Shown here: in pieces, positions 46,368 to 57,461 of the stretch
Numbering within the stretch: the stretch's first letter is position 1
Layout: each line of letters opens with the position of its first letter
From: Candidatus Micrarchaeota archaeon
GTDB taxonomy: Archaea > Micrarchaeota > Micrarchaeia > Anstonellales > Bilamarchaeaceae
NCBI GenBank assembly: GCA_016926175.1
Contig: JAFGPA010000001.1
Location: forward strand, 977 to 64,976
Direction: 5' to 3'
Length of the DNA: 64,000 nt
Notes under the pieces: generated by a model
Told to the model about the DNA's origin: nothing
Seen by the model: the letters and a program-made list of their open reading frames with translations, nothing else
Databases searched by the model: none
Made by a program: the position numbers and the translations under genes

Positions 46368-47195
46368 TTAATTAAGTTCGTAGCCAACAGAAACCGTTGC
46401 TGAAACCTCTACTTCGCCGCTGGCAAGCTTTGTAGGTGCCGGTGCGGATCCTGCTTCCATTGCGTAGTCATAGGATCTGTATGCGTTTACGGGATAGTAT
46501 ACTGATTCACTTGCACGAACCACCTTTCCAAGCGTTGCCCCAACTCCTTCTGCTATTGCCCTGGCCTTTGCTTCAGCTTCCATGCCGGCCTGCTTCAGCA
46601 GCTCTTTCTGAAGGTTCATCCTTGTTTCTTCCTGCAGGGTGAAGTAGACTGAGTCCACAAAAACTTCATTTTCACCAAATGCACTTACAGAATCAATAAC
46701 TTCTCCTCCTTTGTCAAGGTCAGTTATCCTTACTTCAAGCCTGTGCAGGGTCTTGTATCCCTTAATCTTCCATATGTAATTGCATCCGTAAACATCGCAT
46801 TCTCTTTCGCTTTCATATATCGGATCAACACTGTATGATATTGTTTTTACATCCGCATCGGAAAATCCAAGGTCCTTTAATTTCCGGATTACCTGGTCGC
46901 TTATTTCCGCATTGTTTTCCTGTGATGTCTTTGCAATTTTGTCCTTGGTTTCAACTGTCAGCTGTATTTTCAGCAGATCTGGAGTTGTGCTTTGTGTGGC
47001 AACCCCGCTTACCTGCAACAGATGCTCAGGCGGATTGCTTGAAACATAGACATTAGGGCTCGATGTGATGTCTGATACATTCAGCTTTGGAGCATAATCC
47101 ACTGTGGAAAGCAGGTATGCGCCAATAACTATTCCAAGTGCGATCAAAAATGCCGCACCCATAAACATTTTTTCGTTACAACATTCTTCCTTCAT
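46368..47195 (-). CDS. SIMPL domain (DUF541) protein, membrane-anchored
   Basis: An N-terminal TM segment is followed by LLQVSGVATQSTTPDLLKIQLTVETK...AKTSQENNAEISDQVIRKLKDLGF, which is typical of SIMPL/DUF541. Confidence 0.75.
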   Translation of the reverse strand: MKEECCNEKMFMGAAFLIALGIVIGAYLLSTVDYAPKLNVSDITSSPNVYVSSNPPEHLLQVSGVATQSTTPDLLKIQLTVETKDKIAKTSQENNAEISDQVIRKLKDLGFSDADVKTISYSVDPIYESERECDVYGCNYIWKIKGYKTLHRLEVRITDLDKGGEVIDSVSAFGENEVFVDSVYFTLQEETRMNLQKELLKQAGMEAEAKARAIAEGVGATLGKVVRASESVYYPVNAYRSYDYAMEAGSAPAPTKLASGEVEVSATVSVGYELN

Positions 47196-47374
47196 ATTAT
47201 CACCAATTAGCTACTTGATGTTAATTATTAAAGAAATCTTTAATTTTTGCGGTTTTGGCCGAAATCTTACTTTTTTATATTTTCCTACAAATTATCATAA
47301 TTAGTGCCATGTACCCTATGAGCAGGACTGGAATTTCAGTATCAAGCCAAATCAGGTAAAAATCTGAAGAATTA

Positions 47375-47896
47375 TCATTCATTTCTTCTGAAGGTTCCCA
47401 GTGCGAACTCGGCACCCTCTCTTATTCTGGAATCAGAATTTGTTGCAAGCGCAAAAAGTTCGACAATGTCTCCGGTTGCCTTGTATATTGTTGCAAGCGC
47501 TCTTGAAGCAATGACTTTTTTCTCATCTTCACTGAGCGCTTCCTTTAGCCTCTGGGTTATCATATCCCTTACCTTCTCTTCATTGTTGACATTGGCATCT
47601 ACTCCGCAGAGGTGTTCAAAAGCTCCTCTTGTTGCAAGCTCCTCTACAGCATTGATCGCACGTGCAGATATGATCAGGTCATTGTCTTCAATGAGGGTTG
47701 CTATGTATCTCACATCATCACGGGATCTTTCTACATCTCCTGCTACTTTTGCAGGCCCATCTGTTATCAGTCTTTCTTTAATTGTTGTTTTTCTGTCTTT
47801 TTTACGTTCCAGAAGTGGCTCACTGGTGAATCTCATTTTTACTCTTATTGTTGGTTTATCGGTAACTGGCCGCCTACCTGCTACATGTCTCTCCAT
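47375..47896 (-). CDS. hypothetical protein, possible HEAT-like repeats
   Basis: DSRIREGAEFALG and ISARAINAVEELA resemble HEAT/PBS-lyase repeats. The assignment is weak. Confidence 0.4.
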   Translation of the reverse strand: MERHVAGRRPVTDKPTIRVKMRFTSEPLLERKKDRKTTIKERLITDGPAKVAGDVERSRDDVRYIATLIEDNDLIISARAINAVEELATRGAFEHLCGVDANVNNEEKVRDMITQRLKEALSEDEKKVIASRALATIYKATGDIVELFALATNSDSRIREGAEFALGTFRRNE

Positions 47897-48018
47897 ATAT
47901 TACAATTATACGTGGAAGTATTTATAAATCCATTCTTTTCCATTTTTAATGACAATAAGGCCATTATATTTCTAACACGGCCTCCTATTTTTAATAACTT
48001 TTGTTTTAACTATGCTGC

Positions 48019-49098
48019 ATGGGCAGTTCTATGTTTCTGGTCAGTTCAAAAAAACCTTTGCTGCAGCGGGCTCAATTCAAAAGACTCAGGGATTACGCCG
48101 GAGATTCAGCCCTTTTGCTCAACGGCCCGTTTTCTGATAATCTTGAAATGATTGCCGGATTGACTGACAAAGTCAAAGAAAGAATGTGTGTTCACGGCCA
48201 TCCTGCCGGAGCGGCACTTGCAACACTCTCTCCGCAAAATATCAAGACTGCTGAAAAATCCTGGCTTCCGGTTCCTTTTATTATTGATGAAATGGCAGAT
48301 AATCTTTCCAATGATTCTGCAGGATTCATAGCATGCACTTCCAAAACCACGTTTAACGGCTCTTCTGTCATTCCAGTAGGTCTTGACGAATTAACCCTTC
48401 TCAGTGCTGCTGTTTTACGCCGGCTTAATGTGCCCTGCTTATACTCATATGCGCATACAGAAAAATTCTGCATGCCATCAATTCTTATACCGGATAAAAA
48501 TCCCCAGATCATCTCCTTTTTTCCTCCTTTTGTCCGCGAATTTTCAGGAACAGATGAAGTCAGATATCTTGAAGTGCTTGACGATTCGGCCATACTGTCC
48601 ATAATGAGGCTTAAGGCTGCAGGAAGACAGGCTCTCATTCTGCTTAAAGAATTTTACGAAAATGCGGATTTTTTCCAGAACGAAGTTACGCTACGGGCAA
48701 TTGGAATCGCCCATGTGCTTTATCAGGGCGATTTTGACTGGACGCTCAAGGAAGCGCATAAATCTGTTGAAACTGCCAGGGAAATGTTCGGCCAACCTTC
48801 CAAAGAGCTTACCAGCATCAGGATTGTTGCAGAGAGCACCATCAGCCACTGGATCAAGTGCCCAAACTGCCACATTCTCAAGGCGGCTGACCTGATGCTC
48901 TGTGAAAACGCCAAAAAAACTGTCGAAACGTTCATCAGAAAGTTGCCTCTTGCCGATATTTCAGATATTCGCAAAATGCTAAATTCTTTAGATTCCCACG
49001 ATTGTGTTCAAAAACTGCAGAAATACATGCACGTTCCTGCCACCATTGCAGAACACAGGCATTCCGAATGCAGAATCACCGGACGTTACAATGCCTGA
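48019..49098 (+). CDS. hypothetical protein (359 aa)
   Basis: Long ORF with normal composition. No recognised motif. Confidence 0.5.
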   Translation: MGSSMFLVSSKKPLLQRAQFKRLRDYAGDSALLLNGPFSDNLEMIAGLTDKVKERMCVHGHPAGAALATLSPQNIKTAEKSWLPVPFIIDEMADNLSNDSAGFIACTSKTTFNGSSVIPVGLDELTLLSAAVLRRLNVPCLYSYAHTEKFCMPSILIPDKNPQIISFFPPFVREFSGTDEVRYLEVLDDSAILSIMRLKAAGRQALILLKEFYENADFFQNEVTLRAIGIAHVLYQGDFDWTLKEAHKSVETAREMFGQPSKELTSIRIVAESTISHWIKCPNCHILKAADLMLCENAKKTVETFIRKLPLADISDIRKMLNSLDSHDCVQKLQKYMHVPATIAEHRHSECRITGRYNA

Positions 49099-49106
49099 AA
49101 AAAAGC

Positions 49107-49757
49107 TTATGACCATGCCTTTTCCTTTTCAAGCTTTCTCTTGATTGTTTTCAGGGATACAAAACTGTCCCTCTCCATCTCTTCCAGCCTGAAGGAAATC
49201 ATTTTCTGCTGTTCATTGAGCTGGGGGATCACTACAAATTCAAGGGCATTGACCCTTCGCTTTGTTTTTTCTATCTCAAGAATAAGACGTTTCATTGCAG
49301 TTTCTGTTTCTGCAAGCTTTATTACCATATCAAATATTTCCGTGAAGTTTTCAACTGCATCATCTATCTTTGCGCTTGTTCCTGCAATTGAATATGTTGG
49401 TATATCCATGAAGTGTATGCTTTTGATTTCAGGAACTGTGATATTTGGTATCTTAACGCCCATGACATTCCTCACTTCTATATCCACATCAATATCCTTT
49501 CTGAGGTCAAGTGAAACCTTTGAAAGCTCCTGTATGTTGTGGTATGTTTCTGCCATTGCAAGCGAATGATAGCCGGCAGCCATTTTCTTTGCAAGTTCTC
49601 CCCGGAGGTCCTTTGCCTTTTTCATTATCTTGAAAAATTCAAGGATAAGGGCATCCCGTTTCTGCTTCAGCAGCTTGTGCCCCTTCTGAGCCAACATGAT
49701 CCTTTCCTTGGTCTTTATCAGCTCCATCCTCGTTGGGTTAACATCCTGTGCCATCAA
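49107..49757 (-). CDS. atpD: A-type ATP synthase subunit D
   Basis: VNPTRMELIKTKERIMLAQKGHKLLKQKRDALILEF. It is the last gene of the atp operon. Confidence 0.9.
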   Translation of the reverse strand: MMAQDVNPTRMELIKTKERIMLAQKGHKLLKQKRDALILEFFKIMKKAKDLRGELAKKMAAGYHSLAMAETYHNIQELSKVSLDLRKDIDVDIEVRNVMGVKIPNITVPEIKSIHFMDIPTYSIAGTSAKIDDAVENFTEIFDMVIKLAETETAMKRLILEIEKTKRRVNALEFVVIPQLNEQQKMISFRLEEMERDSFVSLKTIKRKLEKEKAWS

Positions 49758-49802
49758 AATCTACTCCGGTTTTTCCATGCTGGTTTTGTATCCAGCATGA
49801 TA

Positions 49803-51200
49803 TCATTCCTTTTTCTCCTCCTTTTTCTTCGGAAGATATTTGTCAATGTAGGATTTCTTTACTCTTTTCAGTTCATCTTCAGGCAATATGGACAGGAGAT
49901 CCCATGCAAGTTCAAGGGTCTGCTCTATGGTTCTGTTCTCATATGCCCCCTGCCTTACGAATCTTGCTTCAAACTGGTCTGCAAGCTTCAGGAATTTTCT
50001 GTCTACCGGTGAGAGCGCCTCTTCGCCAACGACTGCACTGAGTGATCTCAGGTCACGGCCGTTTGCGTATCCTGCATAAAGCTGGTCTGAAACGCCCTTG
50101 TGGTCTTCACGTGTTCTTTCCTCTCCAATACCTGCGTTCATAAGCCTGGACAAGGAAGGAAGAACGTCAACAGGAGGGTAAATGTTCTTTCTGTGCAGTT
50201 CCCTGCTCAGCAGAATCTGTCCTTCTGTAATGTATCCAGTAAGGTCAGCTATGGGATGGGTCTTGTCATCACCGGGCATTGTAAGTACAGGAATCTGGGT
50301 AACAGAACCATTGCTTCCCCTTACCCTTCCGGCCCTTTCATATATTGTGGAAAGATCCGTGTACATGTAGCCCGGATAGCCACGCCTTCCCGGAACCTCC
50401 TGTCTTGCCGAGGAAATCTCACGAAGGGCTTCGCAGTAGTTGGTCATGTCCGTTATCAGAGTAAGTACGTGCATGTCCTGCTCATATGCAAGATATTCTG
50501 CAGTAGTCAGGGCAAGTCTTGGAGTGATTATACGTTCCACTGAAGGATCATCTGCCAGATTAAGGAACAGAACAGCATTTTCAAGGGCTCCGGTTTTCTC
50601 AAAATCGCGCATAAAGAATGAGGCTTCCTCATGTGTGATTCCGATGGCAGCGAAAACAACAGCGAATTTCTCGTCCGTTCCCCTTACTTTTGCCTGCCTT
50701 GCGATCTGCACTGTCAGCTGGTTGTGCGGAAGTCCTGCACCTGAAAAGATGGGCAGTTTCTGTCCACGGACCAGGGTGTTCATGCAGTCTACTGTTGAAA
50801 TGCCAGTCTGGATGAATTCATTTGGAGATTGCCTTGAATATGGATTTATGGGAAGTCCGGTGATGTCCACCTTTTCCTTTGGTATTATTTTTGGCCCTTT
50901 GTCTCTCGGTTCACCCAAACCATTAAACACACGGCCCAGCATGTCTGTTGAAAGGCCCAGCCTCATGGTTTCTCCAAGAAACCTTACACTTGTCTGTGAT
51001 GTCGAAATGCCGTCGGTTCCACCAAAAACCTGCACAACTGCGTTCTTGTTTGAAACATCAAGCACCTGGCCCTTTCTTCTTTCTCCGCCGGGAATCATGA
51101 TCTCAACGATTTCATTGTAGCTTACGCCACTGACATCTGATACAAATACCAGCGGGCCTGCAATCTGCGTGATTGTTTTATATTCCTTCATCAAAATCAC
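49803..51200 (-). CDS. atpB: A-type ATP synthase subunit B
   Basis: [14 protein letters not shown]...FSGAGLPHN...[14 protein letters not shown]... Confidence 0.97.
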   Translation of the reverse strand: MILMKEYKTITQIAGPLVFVSDVSGVSYNEIVEIMIPGGERRKGQVLDVSNKNAVVQVFGGTDGISTSQTSVRFLGETMRLGLSTDMLGRVFNGLGEPRDKGPKIIPKEKVDITGLPINPYSRQSPNEFIQTGISTVDCMNTLVRGQKLPIFSGAGLPHNQLTVQIARQAKVRGTDEKFAVVFAAIGITHEEASFFMRDFEKTGALENAVLFLNLADDPSVERIITPRLALTTAEYLAYEQDMHVLTLITDMTNYCEALREISSARQEVPGRRGYPGYMYTDLSTIYERAGRVRGSNGSVTQIPVLTMPGDDKTHPIADLTGYITEGQILLSRELHRKNIYPPVDVLPSLSRLMNAGIGEERTREDHKGVSDQLYAGYANGRDLRSLSAVVGEEALSPVDRKFLKLADQFEARFVRQGAYENRTIEQTLELAWDLLSILPEDELKRVKKSYIDKYLPKKKEEKKE

Positions 51201-52933
51201 CTCAACTCCTCAAAGTTACCGTCTATCTCCTTATGGAGTTTTTCAAAGTCCTTGATTTCAAGGAGTTCTTTCATTCTTCCGATCTTTGTTTTTACGGGAA
51301 GCTCCTGGATTTTTTTCAGCTGAACGCCAAGATCAAGCGCACTGTTGGTGTTTTCGCCGAATTTCATGATTGTCTTGAGCATGTTGTACTGCTTGATCAG
51401 TTCGCATCGTGCATCATAATCAACGAATGCATTCTGCTGAAGATAATCTTCCCTCAGCATTTTCGTAACCATCAGTATCGCCTGTTCCTTTTCCGGAAGG
51501 GCATCCGGTCCGACAAGCTGCACGACCTCCTGAAGCTCTGCTTCTTTCTGCAGAAGCTCCATGGCGGCCTTTGAAAGCTTTGTAAATTCAGATGATACCT
51601 CCTTTGCAAAGTATTCTTCAAGTGAATTGCTGTAAAGAGTATAGCTCTTCAGCCAGTTTATTGCAGGGAAGTGCCTTCTGTATGCCAGGGGCGCATCCAG
51701 GGCAAGAAATACTTTTGTAACCCTGAGGGTATTTTGCGATACAGGTTCTGAAATATCACCGCCGGGCGGTGAAACTGCACCGATTATTGTGACTGATCCG
51801 TAACGGTCCTCTGTTCCAAGGCATCTTACACGGCCGGCCCTTTCATAGAACTCGGCAAGCCTTCTTGCAAGATATGCAGGATAACCTTCTTCGCCAGGCA
51901 TTTCTTCCAGCCTGCCGCCTATTTCACGCATTGCTTCTGCCCACCTTGAAGTTGAGTCAGCCATCAAAGCTACATCATACCCCATGTCCCTGAAGTATTC
52001 TGCAATGGTAACTCCGGTGTATATTGATGCTTCACGGGCTGCTACAGGCATGTTGGATGTATTTGCGATCAAAACAGTTCTCTGCATCAATGGTTTTCCG
52101 GTATTGGGGTCTTCAAGTTCCGGGAATTCTTTAAGAACCTCTGTCATTTCATTTCCACGTTCGCCGCATCCTACATAAATGACTATCTGGGTATCTGAAT
52201 ATTTGGCAAGGCTCTGCTGGGTAACTGTTTTTCCTGAACCAAACGGACCCGGAATTGCTGCAGTTCCACCTTTTGCAATTGGAAAGAAAGTATCAATTAT
52301 TCTCTGCCCGGTAATGAGCGGAATGTTGGGGGGGAATTTTTCAACAACCGGCCTTGACTTCCTTACGAACCATTTCTGTGCGAGTTTCAGGGGATATTTC
52401 TTTCCTTCAAAGGATATCTCCCCTATTTTTTCCGATACAGTGTACTTCCCCGAAGATATCGATTCGATTTTCCCTTCATAAGGAGACATGATCCTGTGTT
52501 CTATGAGTTCTGTTTCCTGCACGGTGCCCAGAATATCGCCTTTTTTTACTTTGTCCCCTTTCTTTGCGGTTGCCTTGAAATCCCATTTCTTTTTCTGGTC
52601 AAGTGCGGGGGCTTCAATGCCTCTTGTAATGTAAACACCGCCTGCCTGTTCTTCGATTACTTTCAATGGCCTTTGAATGCCGTCATAGATGCTTTGAAGC
52701 AGTCCAGGGCCAAGTTCAACTGAAAGCGGCGCACCCGTGGAATCAACAGGCTCCCCCGGCTTCAGGCCTGATGTGTCCTCATACACCTGAATAACGGATA
52801 TCTCGCCAACGATCTTGATGATCTCTCCAAGAAGCCTTTCTTCTCCAACTTTAACGACATCATAGAGTCTTGCATCCGGAAGGTTTGCTTCTACGACCGG
52901 ACCACTGATTCTTACAATCTTGCCTTTCATCAT
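51197..52933 (-). CDS. atpA: A-type ATP synthase catalytic subunit A
   Basis: [11 protein letters not shown]...GPFGSGKTV (Walker A)...GERGNEM...[10 protein letters not shown]. 578 aa, so no intein. Confidence 0.97.
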   Translation of the reverse strand: MMKGKIVRISGPVVEANLPDARLYDVVKVGEERLLGEIIKIVGEISVIQVYEDTSGLKPGEPVDSTGAPLSVELGPGLLQSIYDGIQRPLKVIEEQAGGVYITRGIEAPALDQKKKWDFKATAKKGDKVKKGDILGTVQETELIEHRIMSPYEGKIESISSGKYTVSEKIGEISFEGKKYPLKLAQKWFVRKSRPVVEKFPPNIPLITGQRIIDTFFPIAKGGTAAIPGPFGSGKTVTQQSLAKYSDTQIVIYVGCGERGNEMTEVLKEFPELEDPNTGKPLMQRTVLIANTSNMPVAAREASIYTGVTIAEYFRDMGYDVALMADSTSRWAEAMREIGGRLEEMPGEEGYPAYLARRLAEFYERAGRVRCLGTEDRYGSVTIIGAVSPPGGDISEPVSQNTLRVTKVFLALDAPLAYRRHFPAINWLKSYTLYSNSLEEYFAKEVSSEFTKLSKAAMELLQKEAELQEVVQLVGPDALPEKEQAILMVTKMLREDYLQQNAFVDYDARCELIKQYNMLKTIMKFGENTNSALDLGVQLKKIQELPVKTKIGRMKELLEIKDFEKLHKEIDGNFEELR

Positions 52934-52942
52934 AATCTCCTC

Positions 52943-53260
52943 CTATCCTGAAAGATCGAAACCAAGCGCTCTTTTTATGAGCTGTCTTATCTCATCGCCT
53001 TCCATGCTCTCACCAGACTGGTCTGGCATCGGAACAATTACCGGATAGGCGATGCTGTCGAGTTTCTTCTTTAATCTCCATTCAATACTGTTAAGCATTT
53101 TTTCATTTGTAATTATGATACCATATTCCGGATTTGCAATTGCTTTTTCAAGCTCATTCTGGAATGTCTGGTCTGTTGCCTGCACGGAATATTCCAGCCC
53201 TGCAAGCCGGAAACCGGTTACAAGAGGCGCATCTCCAAGAACCAATATTTTTGCTTTCAT
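52943..53260 (-). CDS. atpF: A-type ATP synthase subunit F
   Basis: KILVLGDAPLVTGFRLAGL. 105 aa, in the operon position between C and A. Confidence 0.85.
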   Translation of the reverse strand: MKAKILVLGDAPLVTGFRLAGLEYSVQATDQTFQNELEKAIANPEYGIIITNEKMLNSIEWRLKKKLDSIAYPVIVPMPDQSGESMEGDEIRQLIKRALGFDLSG

Positions 53261-53264
53261 TAAA

Positions 53265-54308
53265 TCACACGAGCATTGCTCTTACATCGCTTTCAGCAAA
53301 TTTGTACTCCTTTGCCTTTGCGATTTTCCTTAAATTGTTGATTTCTTCCTCCTTTAGCAAAAGAAAACCGATCAAAACGCCAAGTGAGAGGACATCCCTG
53401 TTGAATCCGTATTTTTTCAGTGCAGCAACAGATCTTTCAAGCGCAATTTCCATATCAGTTAATTTTCCGTCATGCCTGAGTTCCAGGCTGTGAAACTTGT
53501 GTTTTGTCAGTGAAACTACCTGTGCAAGATCCTTTGCCTCTATTATCCTGTCAATAAGATAGATGCTTAATGTTCCGCCTTTGATCAAATGCTTTTTTAT
53601 CTTTGCAGAATCCATGCCGTGCTTTTTCAGCCTTTCAATAATCATTATGTTCTTGGCATCGATTTCTTTCCGGAGAATATCACGCACATAAGAGACTTCT
53701 TTCCCGCCGACAGATGCAAGGGCCTGGTCAATCTGGAGATAAACGTGGGAATCTATCGTTTTCTCTATGTGTGAAAACATGTCTCCTTCCGCTTTGCTGA
53801 AAGTTATTCCGGCTTTTTTTATTTCCCTGATTGTTTCATCCTCATCTCCCCTCATTATCTTCCTGAAATCCTCCTCATCAAGGCCGCCAACATCATAGAG
53901 CATATGTTTTACTTCCTCATAATTCCTGCTGATTTTTTTTGCATGCAAAAGGGTCTTGATATTGATAAGATCCCAGCGGATAAGAAGGGCCTGGATTGCC
54001 TTTCTGTCGCTTTTCGGAGCCATAGTTACAAGTTTTTTAACAGTCCTTGCAAAATTCCTGGAGCTTGCGCTTGCAATTAGTGCCGATCCTCCATAATCCA
54101 CTGAAGCGGCTGCAAGATCCTGTCTGTATCCGGTTTTCTGCAGGAGTTCTGCCATTGCCTCTACACTTGAAACACCGATCATCTCATCCATGAGAGCCGG
54201 TTTGATCAGATCTCCCTTCATTGCCCTTGCACGCGCACTTGAATAGCCGTATTTTATTGAACGGCTTTCAATTCTTGGCATCGAGATCTTAATCGTTGGA
54301 ACTTGCAT
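53265..54308 (-). CDS. atpC: A-type ATP synthase subunit C (d-like)
   Basis: YGYSSARARAMKGDL... 347 aa helical protein in the operon position between E and F. Confidence 0.85.
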   Translation of the reverse strand: MQVPTIKISMPRIESRSIKYGYSSARARAMKGDLIKPALMDEMIGVSSVEAMAELLQKTGYRQDLAAASVDYGGSALIASASSRNFARTVKKLVTMAPKSDRKAIQALLIRWDLINIKTLLHAKKISRNYEEVKHMLYDVGGLDEEDFRKIMRGDEDETIREIKKAGITFSKAEGDMFSHIEKTIDSHVYLQIDQALASVGGKEVSYVRDILRKEIDAKNIMIIERLKKHGMDSAKIKKHLIKGGTLSIYLIDRIIEAKDLAQVVSLTKHKFHSLELRHDGKLTDMEIALERSVAALKKYGFNRDVLSLGVLIGFLLLKEEEINNLRKIAKAKEYKFAESDVRAMLV

Positions 54309-54874
54309 TATTTACCCCCGAAAATCTTATCAGAAATGCTCTTTCTGATGTCGTCTCTTCTGTTTTCAAAGAGCGTTTCCAAAGTCATGTCCATCCTGAT
54401 TTTTCCATCGGTAGTTTCCGCAATCAGCCCGCCAAGTGAATCAAGATCCTCAGCAATTTTTGGGCCTTTTGCCTTTACCAGAGCCTTGTCTCCCTTAACA
54501 ACGTGGATTGTTATCTTTGATCCAAGTTCAGATACCACCTCATCACAGGCCTTTTCAACAAATTTCCGGTACTCGGCAGTTTTTCTGACAGTTCCAAAAT
54601 CTTTGAAAATATCCTCGATAACGTTTTTGATGGCGTCCTCTTTTGCTTCAGCCAGAATCCTCTTTGATTCAAGCCTTGCCCAGGCAAACCTTTCATTCTT
54701 CTCCTCTGCCAGGAGCCTTTCTACATCTGATTCAGCCTCTTTTTTCTGGCTTGAAATCCTGGCACGCTCCTCTTCAAGCATATTTTTTGCGTTTTCCTTT
54801 GCCTCGTTTTTTATTCTTTGGGCGTCCTGGTTTGCTTCTGAAAGAAGAGAGCCCTTAAGCTTCTCTATCTCCAT
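54308..54874 (-). CDS. atpE: A-type ATP synthase subunit E
   Basis: Charged coiled-coil N-terminus and C-terminal GGLIAETTDGKIRMDMTLETL. 188 aa. Confidence 0.85.
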   Translation of the reverse strand: MEIEKLKGSLLSEANQDAQRIKNEAKENAKNMLEEERARISSQKKEAESDVERLLAEEKNERFAWARLESKRILAEAKEDAIKNVIEDIFKDFGTVRKTAEYRKFVEKACDEVVSELGSKITIHVVKGDKALVKAKGPKIAEDLDSLGGLIAETTDGKIRMDMTLETLFENRRDDIRKSISDKIFGGK

Positions 54875-54884
54875 TTATACACCT

Positions 54885-55142
54885 TTAGTGTGCTCCGCCG
54901 ATCTGACCAATCAGAAGGAATGCTATAACGAAACCGAGCAATGCGATAATTTCAGGCAAAGCAATATAAAGAATCATTTTTGATTCAAGCTCTGGCCTTT
55001 CAGCTGCAGCGCCCATAGCTGCTGCACCGATGCTACCCTGAGACCATCCTGCGCCAATTGCGCCCAATCCCATTGCTATTCCGGCTCCGATTGCCATTCC
55101 GCCTTCGGACGTCAAAAACTGTGCTATTGTTTCTTCTGCCAT
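54885..55142 (-). CDS. atpK: A-type ATP synthase proteolipid subunit K (c)
   Basis: 85 aa, two TM helices, Gly-rich helix 1, and the conserved Glu in ALPEIIALLGF. Confidence 0.9.
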   Translation of the reverse strand: MAEETIAQFLTSEGGMAIGAGIAMGLGAIGAGWSQGSIGAAAMGAAAERPELESKMILYIALPEIIALLGFVIAFLLIGQIGGAH

Positions 55143-55152
55143 ATTTTACACC

Positions 55153-57030
55153 TCATTTTTTGAGCATAAACGGATCAAAGACTTTGCCTCCTCCGTGGAT
55201 AAATTTTGTCCTGAATTCAAATATATTAAGACGGCCTCCCTGCACGAGAGCCTCAAACATTGCAATTACGCAGTTTGCTACCTGCAATACAAGATAAATG
55301 GGGAGTATCAACAATGCAACTATCCCCATGCCTGGCTGCGGCCTCAGGAAATCATTGATAATTTCCGCGAGTATGACTCCAACAACACCAATGACTCCGA
55401 TTCTGACATAAGACATTATGTTTCCTGCAAATCCCGGAATTTCAACCACGCCAACTGCGCCTTCTGTTACAGCCACAACTATTATTCCAATAACTGCCAA
55501 TGCAATTCCTGCAGTATCGCTTCCTTCAGGAAGGAATCCTATCTGCATCAAGGCAATTATTACGATTCCCAAAAGCAGGCCGAGCCATCCAAGTTTTGCA
55601 TACGCATGTTTCCTGTTGTGGTTCCATTCGCTGATAAATCCGAGGATAAGGCCAACGCCAAGATGGAACATTCCAACAAAAAGGGTTATGAGCAGCAGAA
55701 GCCCCAATTCATGGACTCTGTGAAACCCTGAATACAATGGAGCTGAAATCAGCATTATGCCGGTCCAGCTTTCCAACCATTCAAATATCATGAAATGCGT
55801 CAGCCCAAGCCACTCATCATAAATTATCCCAAATATCATGGTTGGTACCGATCCGACAATCCAGATCATTGCGATGTTTCTCAGTATCTCGTTGTGCGAA
55901 TATTTTCTGAGAATCAAAACTGAAAGTATTATGGATATTATGCCATATCCGACATCCCCTACTATCATGCCGTATATAATCGAAAGGAAGAAGAAAAACG
56001 GAAGCGTCGGGTCAAGTTCGTTGTATTTTGGAAATGAATAGCTTTTTGTAATAAATTCAAAAGGCGCAACAGGCTGCTTGTTTTCCAATACTGTGGGAGG
56101 CGTTTCATCATGCCCGTATTTTATATCAACGAGTTCAGCATCTCCTTTGTAGTGGTCAATTATAGTTTTCACATGATTATACTCATCTGCAAGAACCCAT
56201 CCTTCAAGCACAAATATGTATCTTGAATTGCTGAACCTGGTTGTGATTTCTGCCCTGGCAGCCTCAATTTCCAGTGCGGCCAGCAGGGTTTTTATCATAT
56301 TGATGTTCTCCCCTGAAATCACATCTATTTTCTTCTTAAGTTCTGCGAGCCCTGCTTTTTGTGCTTCAAGCTCATTTGCAATGTTTGCAAGCGTTTCTTT
56401 TGGGGATGTGGTGTAGTCCGGCAGCTCAAATTCACTGAATCCGATCTCACCAACTATGGTTTCGATCTTTTCCATGGCTTTTTTTTCATATACTATGAGT
56501 GCAATGCTGCCCTTTGCTACTACTGTGGCATGAACATCCAGTTTTTCTATTTTTCCCTTAAGTATATCTGCCTTTGATGTTTCTCCTATGCTATATGTGA
56601 GCGTTTTTGTTTCGCTTCTGCTGAAATCAAACTTAAAGTCAGAAATTTTTTCGATTGTTTTTTGCTGGCTTTCAAGCGTTTTGATGCTTTCTGCCAGTTC
56701 TGTCATTTTTTTGTTTATCGCTTTTATCTCCTTGTCAAGTTCCAGGGACTTTGATTTCTCCAGTGCCTGCTGCCCATCCATTTTTCCGGGCTTGCCACTA
56801 TCCCTGATATTCGCCTCCATTATTGTAAGAATAGTCCTGAGCTTCAGAAGTTCTGCAGACAATTCCTCAAAGGATGCAAGGGGCCTTCCGGCTTCCAGGC
56901 CGCCATATTCTGTTTTTCTTATGTCAACGATTCCTGCTTCGTGCAGCGATCTGATTAGGTTCTCCACCTGGGACTTAAGTACGATTACCCTGATTTTTTT
57001 CATTCTTTTTGGTTTAATCATAAAAATCAT
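55153..57030 (-). CDS. atpI: A-type ATP synthase subunit I (a-like)
   Basis: 625 aa. Cytoplasmic coiled-coil N-terminal half and a C-terminal half of about 7 TM segments with SYVRIGVIGV (essential Arg). Confidence 0.9.
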   Translation of the reverse strand: MIFMIKPKRMKKIRVIVLKSQVENLIRSLHEAGIVDIRKTEYGGLEAGRPLASFEELSAELLKLRTILTIMEANIRDSGKPGKMDGQQALEKSKSLELDKEIKAINKKMTELAESIKTLESQQKTIEKISDFKFDFSRSETKTLTYSIGETSKADILKGKIEKLDVHATVVAKGSIALIVYEKKAMEKIETIVGEIGFSEFELPDYTTSPKETLANIANELEAQKAGLAELKKKIDVISGENINMIKTLLAALEIEAARAEITTRFSNSRYIFVLEGWVLADEYNHVKTIIDHYKGDAELVDIKYGHDETPPTVLENKQPVAPFEFITKSYSFPKYNELDPTLPFFFFLSIIYGMIVGDVGYGIISIILSVLILRKYSHNEILRNIAMIWIVGSVPTMIFGIIYDEWLGLTHFMIFEWLESWTGIMLISAPLYSGFHRVHELGLLLLITLFVGMFHLGVGLILGFISEWNHNRKHAYAKLGWLGLLLGIVIIALMQIGFLPEGSDTAGIALAVIGIIVVAVTEGAVGVVEIPGFAGNIMSYVRIGVIGVVGVILAEIINDFLRPQPGMGIVALLILPIYLVLQVANCVIAMFEALVQGGRLNIFEFRTKFIHGGGKVFDPFMLKK

Positions 57031-57359
57031 CAGATACTGTTAAGGAATTCCCGCACTATTGCTGAGACTTCCTTTGAATCTGCTTTGTTTTTTCTGATTT
57101 TTGCCCCTTCATCTTTGGCTTTTTTAAGTATTTTTTCAACTTCCTTCTCTATCCCGCTGCTGCCTTCTTTCAATTTTTCGTTTTTGTATTTTACTATCTC
57201 GTCGCTGTTTTTTTTGCGTTCCCGGAGAGCCATTTCCTTTGCCTCAACGGCAATCTTCTGCGCTTCGGACTTTGCCCTGGAAATAACAGAGTCATACTCT
57301 TCCTCGGCAAGCCTTATCTCCTTTATCGTTTCACTAAATTCTGACTGATCCTTTTGCAT
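57030..57359 (-). CDS. atpH: A-type ATP synthase subunit H
   Basis: 109-aa K/E-rich helical protein, the first gene of the operon. 1-nt overlap with atpI. Confidence 0.7.
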   Translation of the reverse strand: MQKDQSEFSETIKEIRLAEEEYDSVISRAKSEAQKIAVEAKEMALRERKKNSDEIVKYKNEKLKEGSSGIEKEVEKILKKAKDEGAKIRKNKADSKEVSAIVREFLNSI

Positions 57360-57461
57360 TTTAACACCAAGATGAGTATACCAAATACAAAAAGGAAGTA
57401 TTTAAAAAAGTGTCTGTATGAATTGTCATAACACGTATTCTAACGTCTTAGATGTGATATT

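Noticed and set aside
49803-52933. Inteins in atpA/atpB, and also in ppsA at 61359-63692.
   Set aside because: Protein lengths (578, 465 and 777 aa) and uninterrupted motif order are those of intein-free versions.
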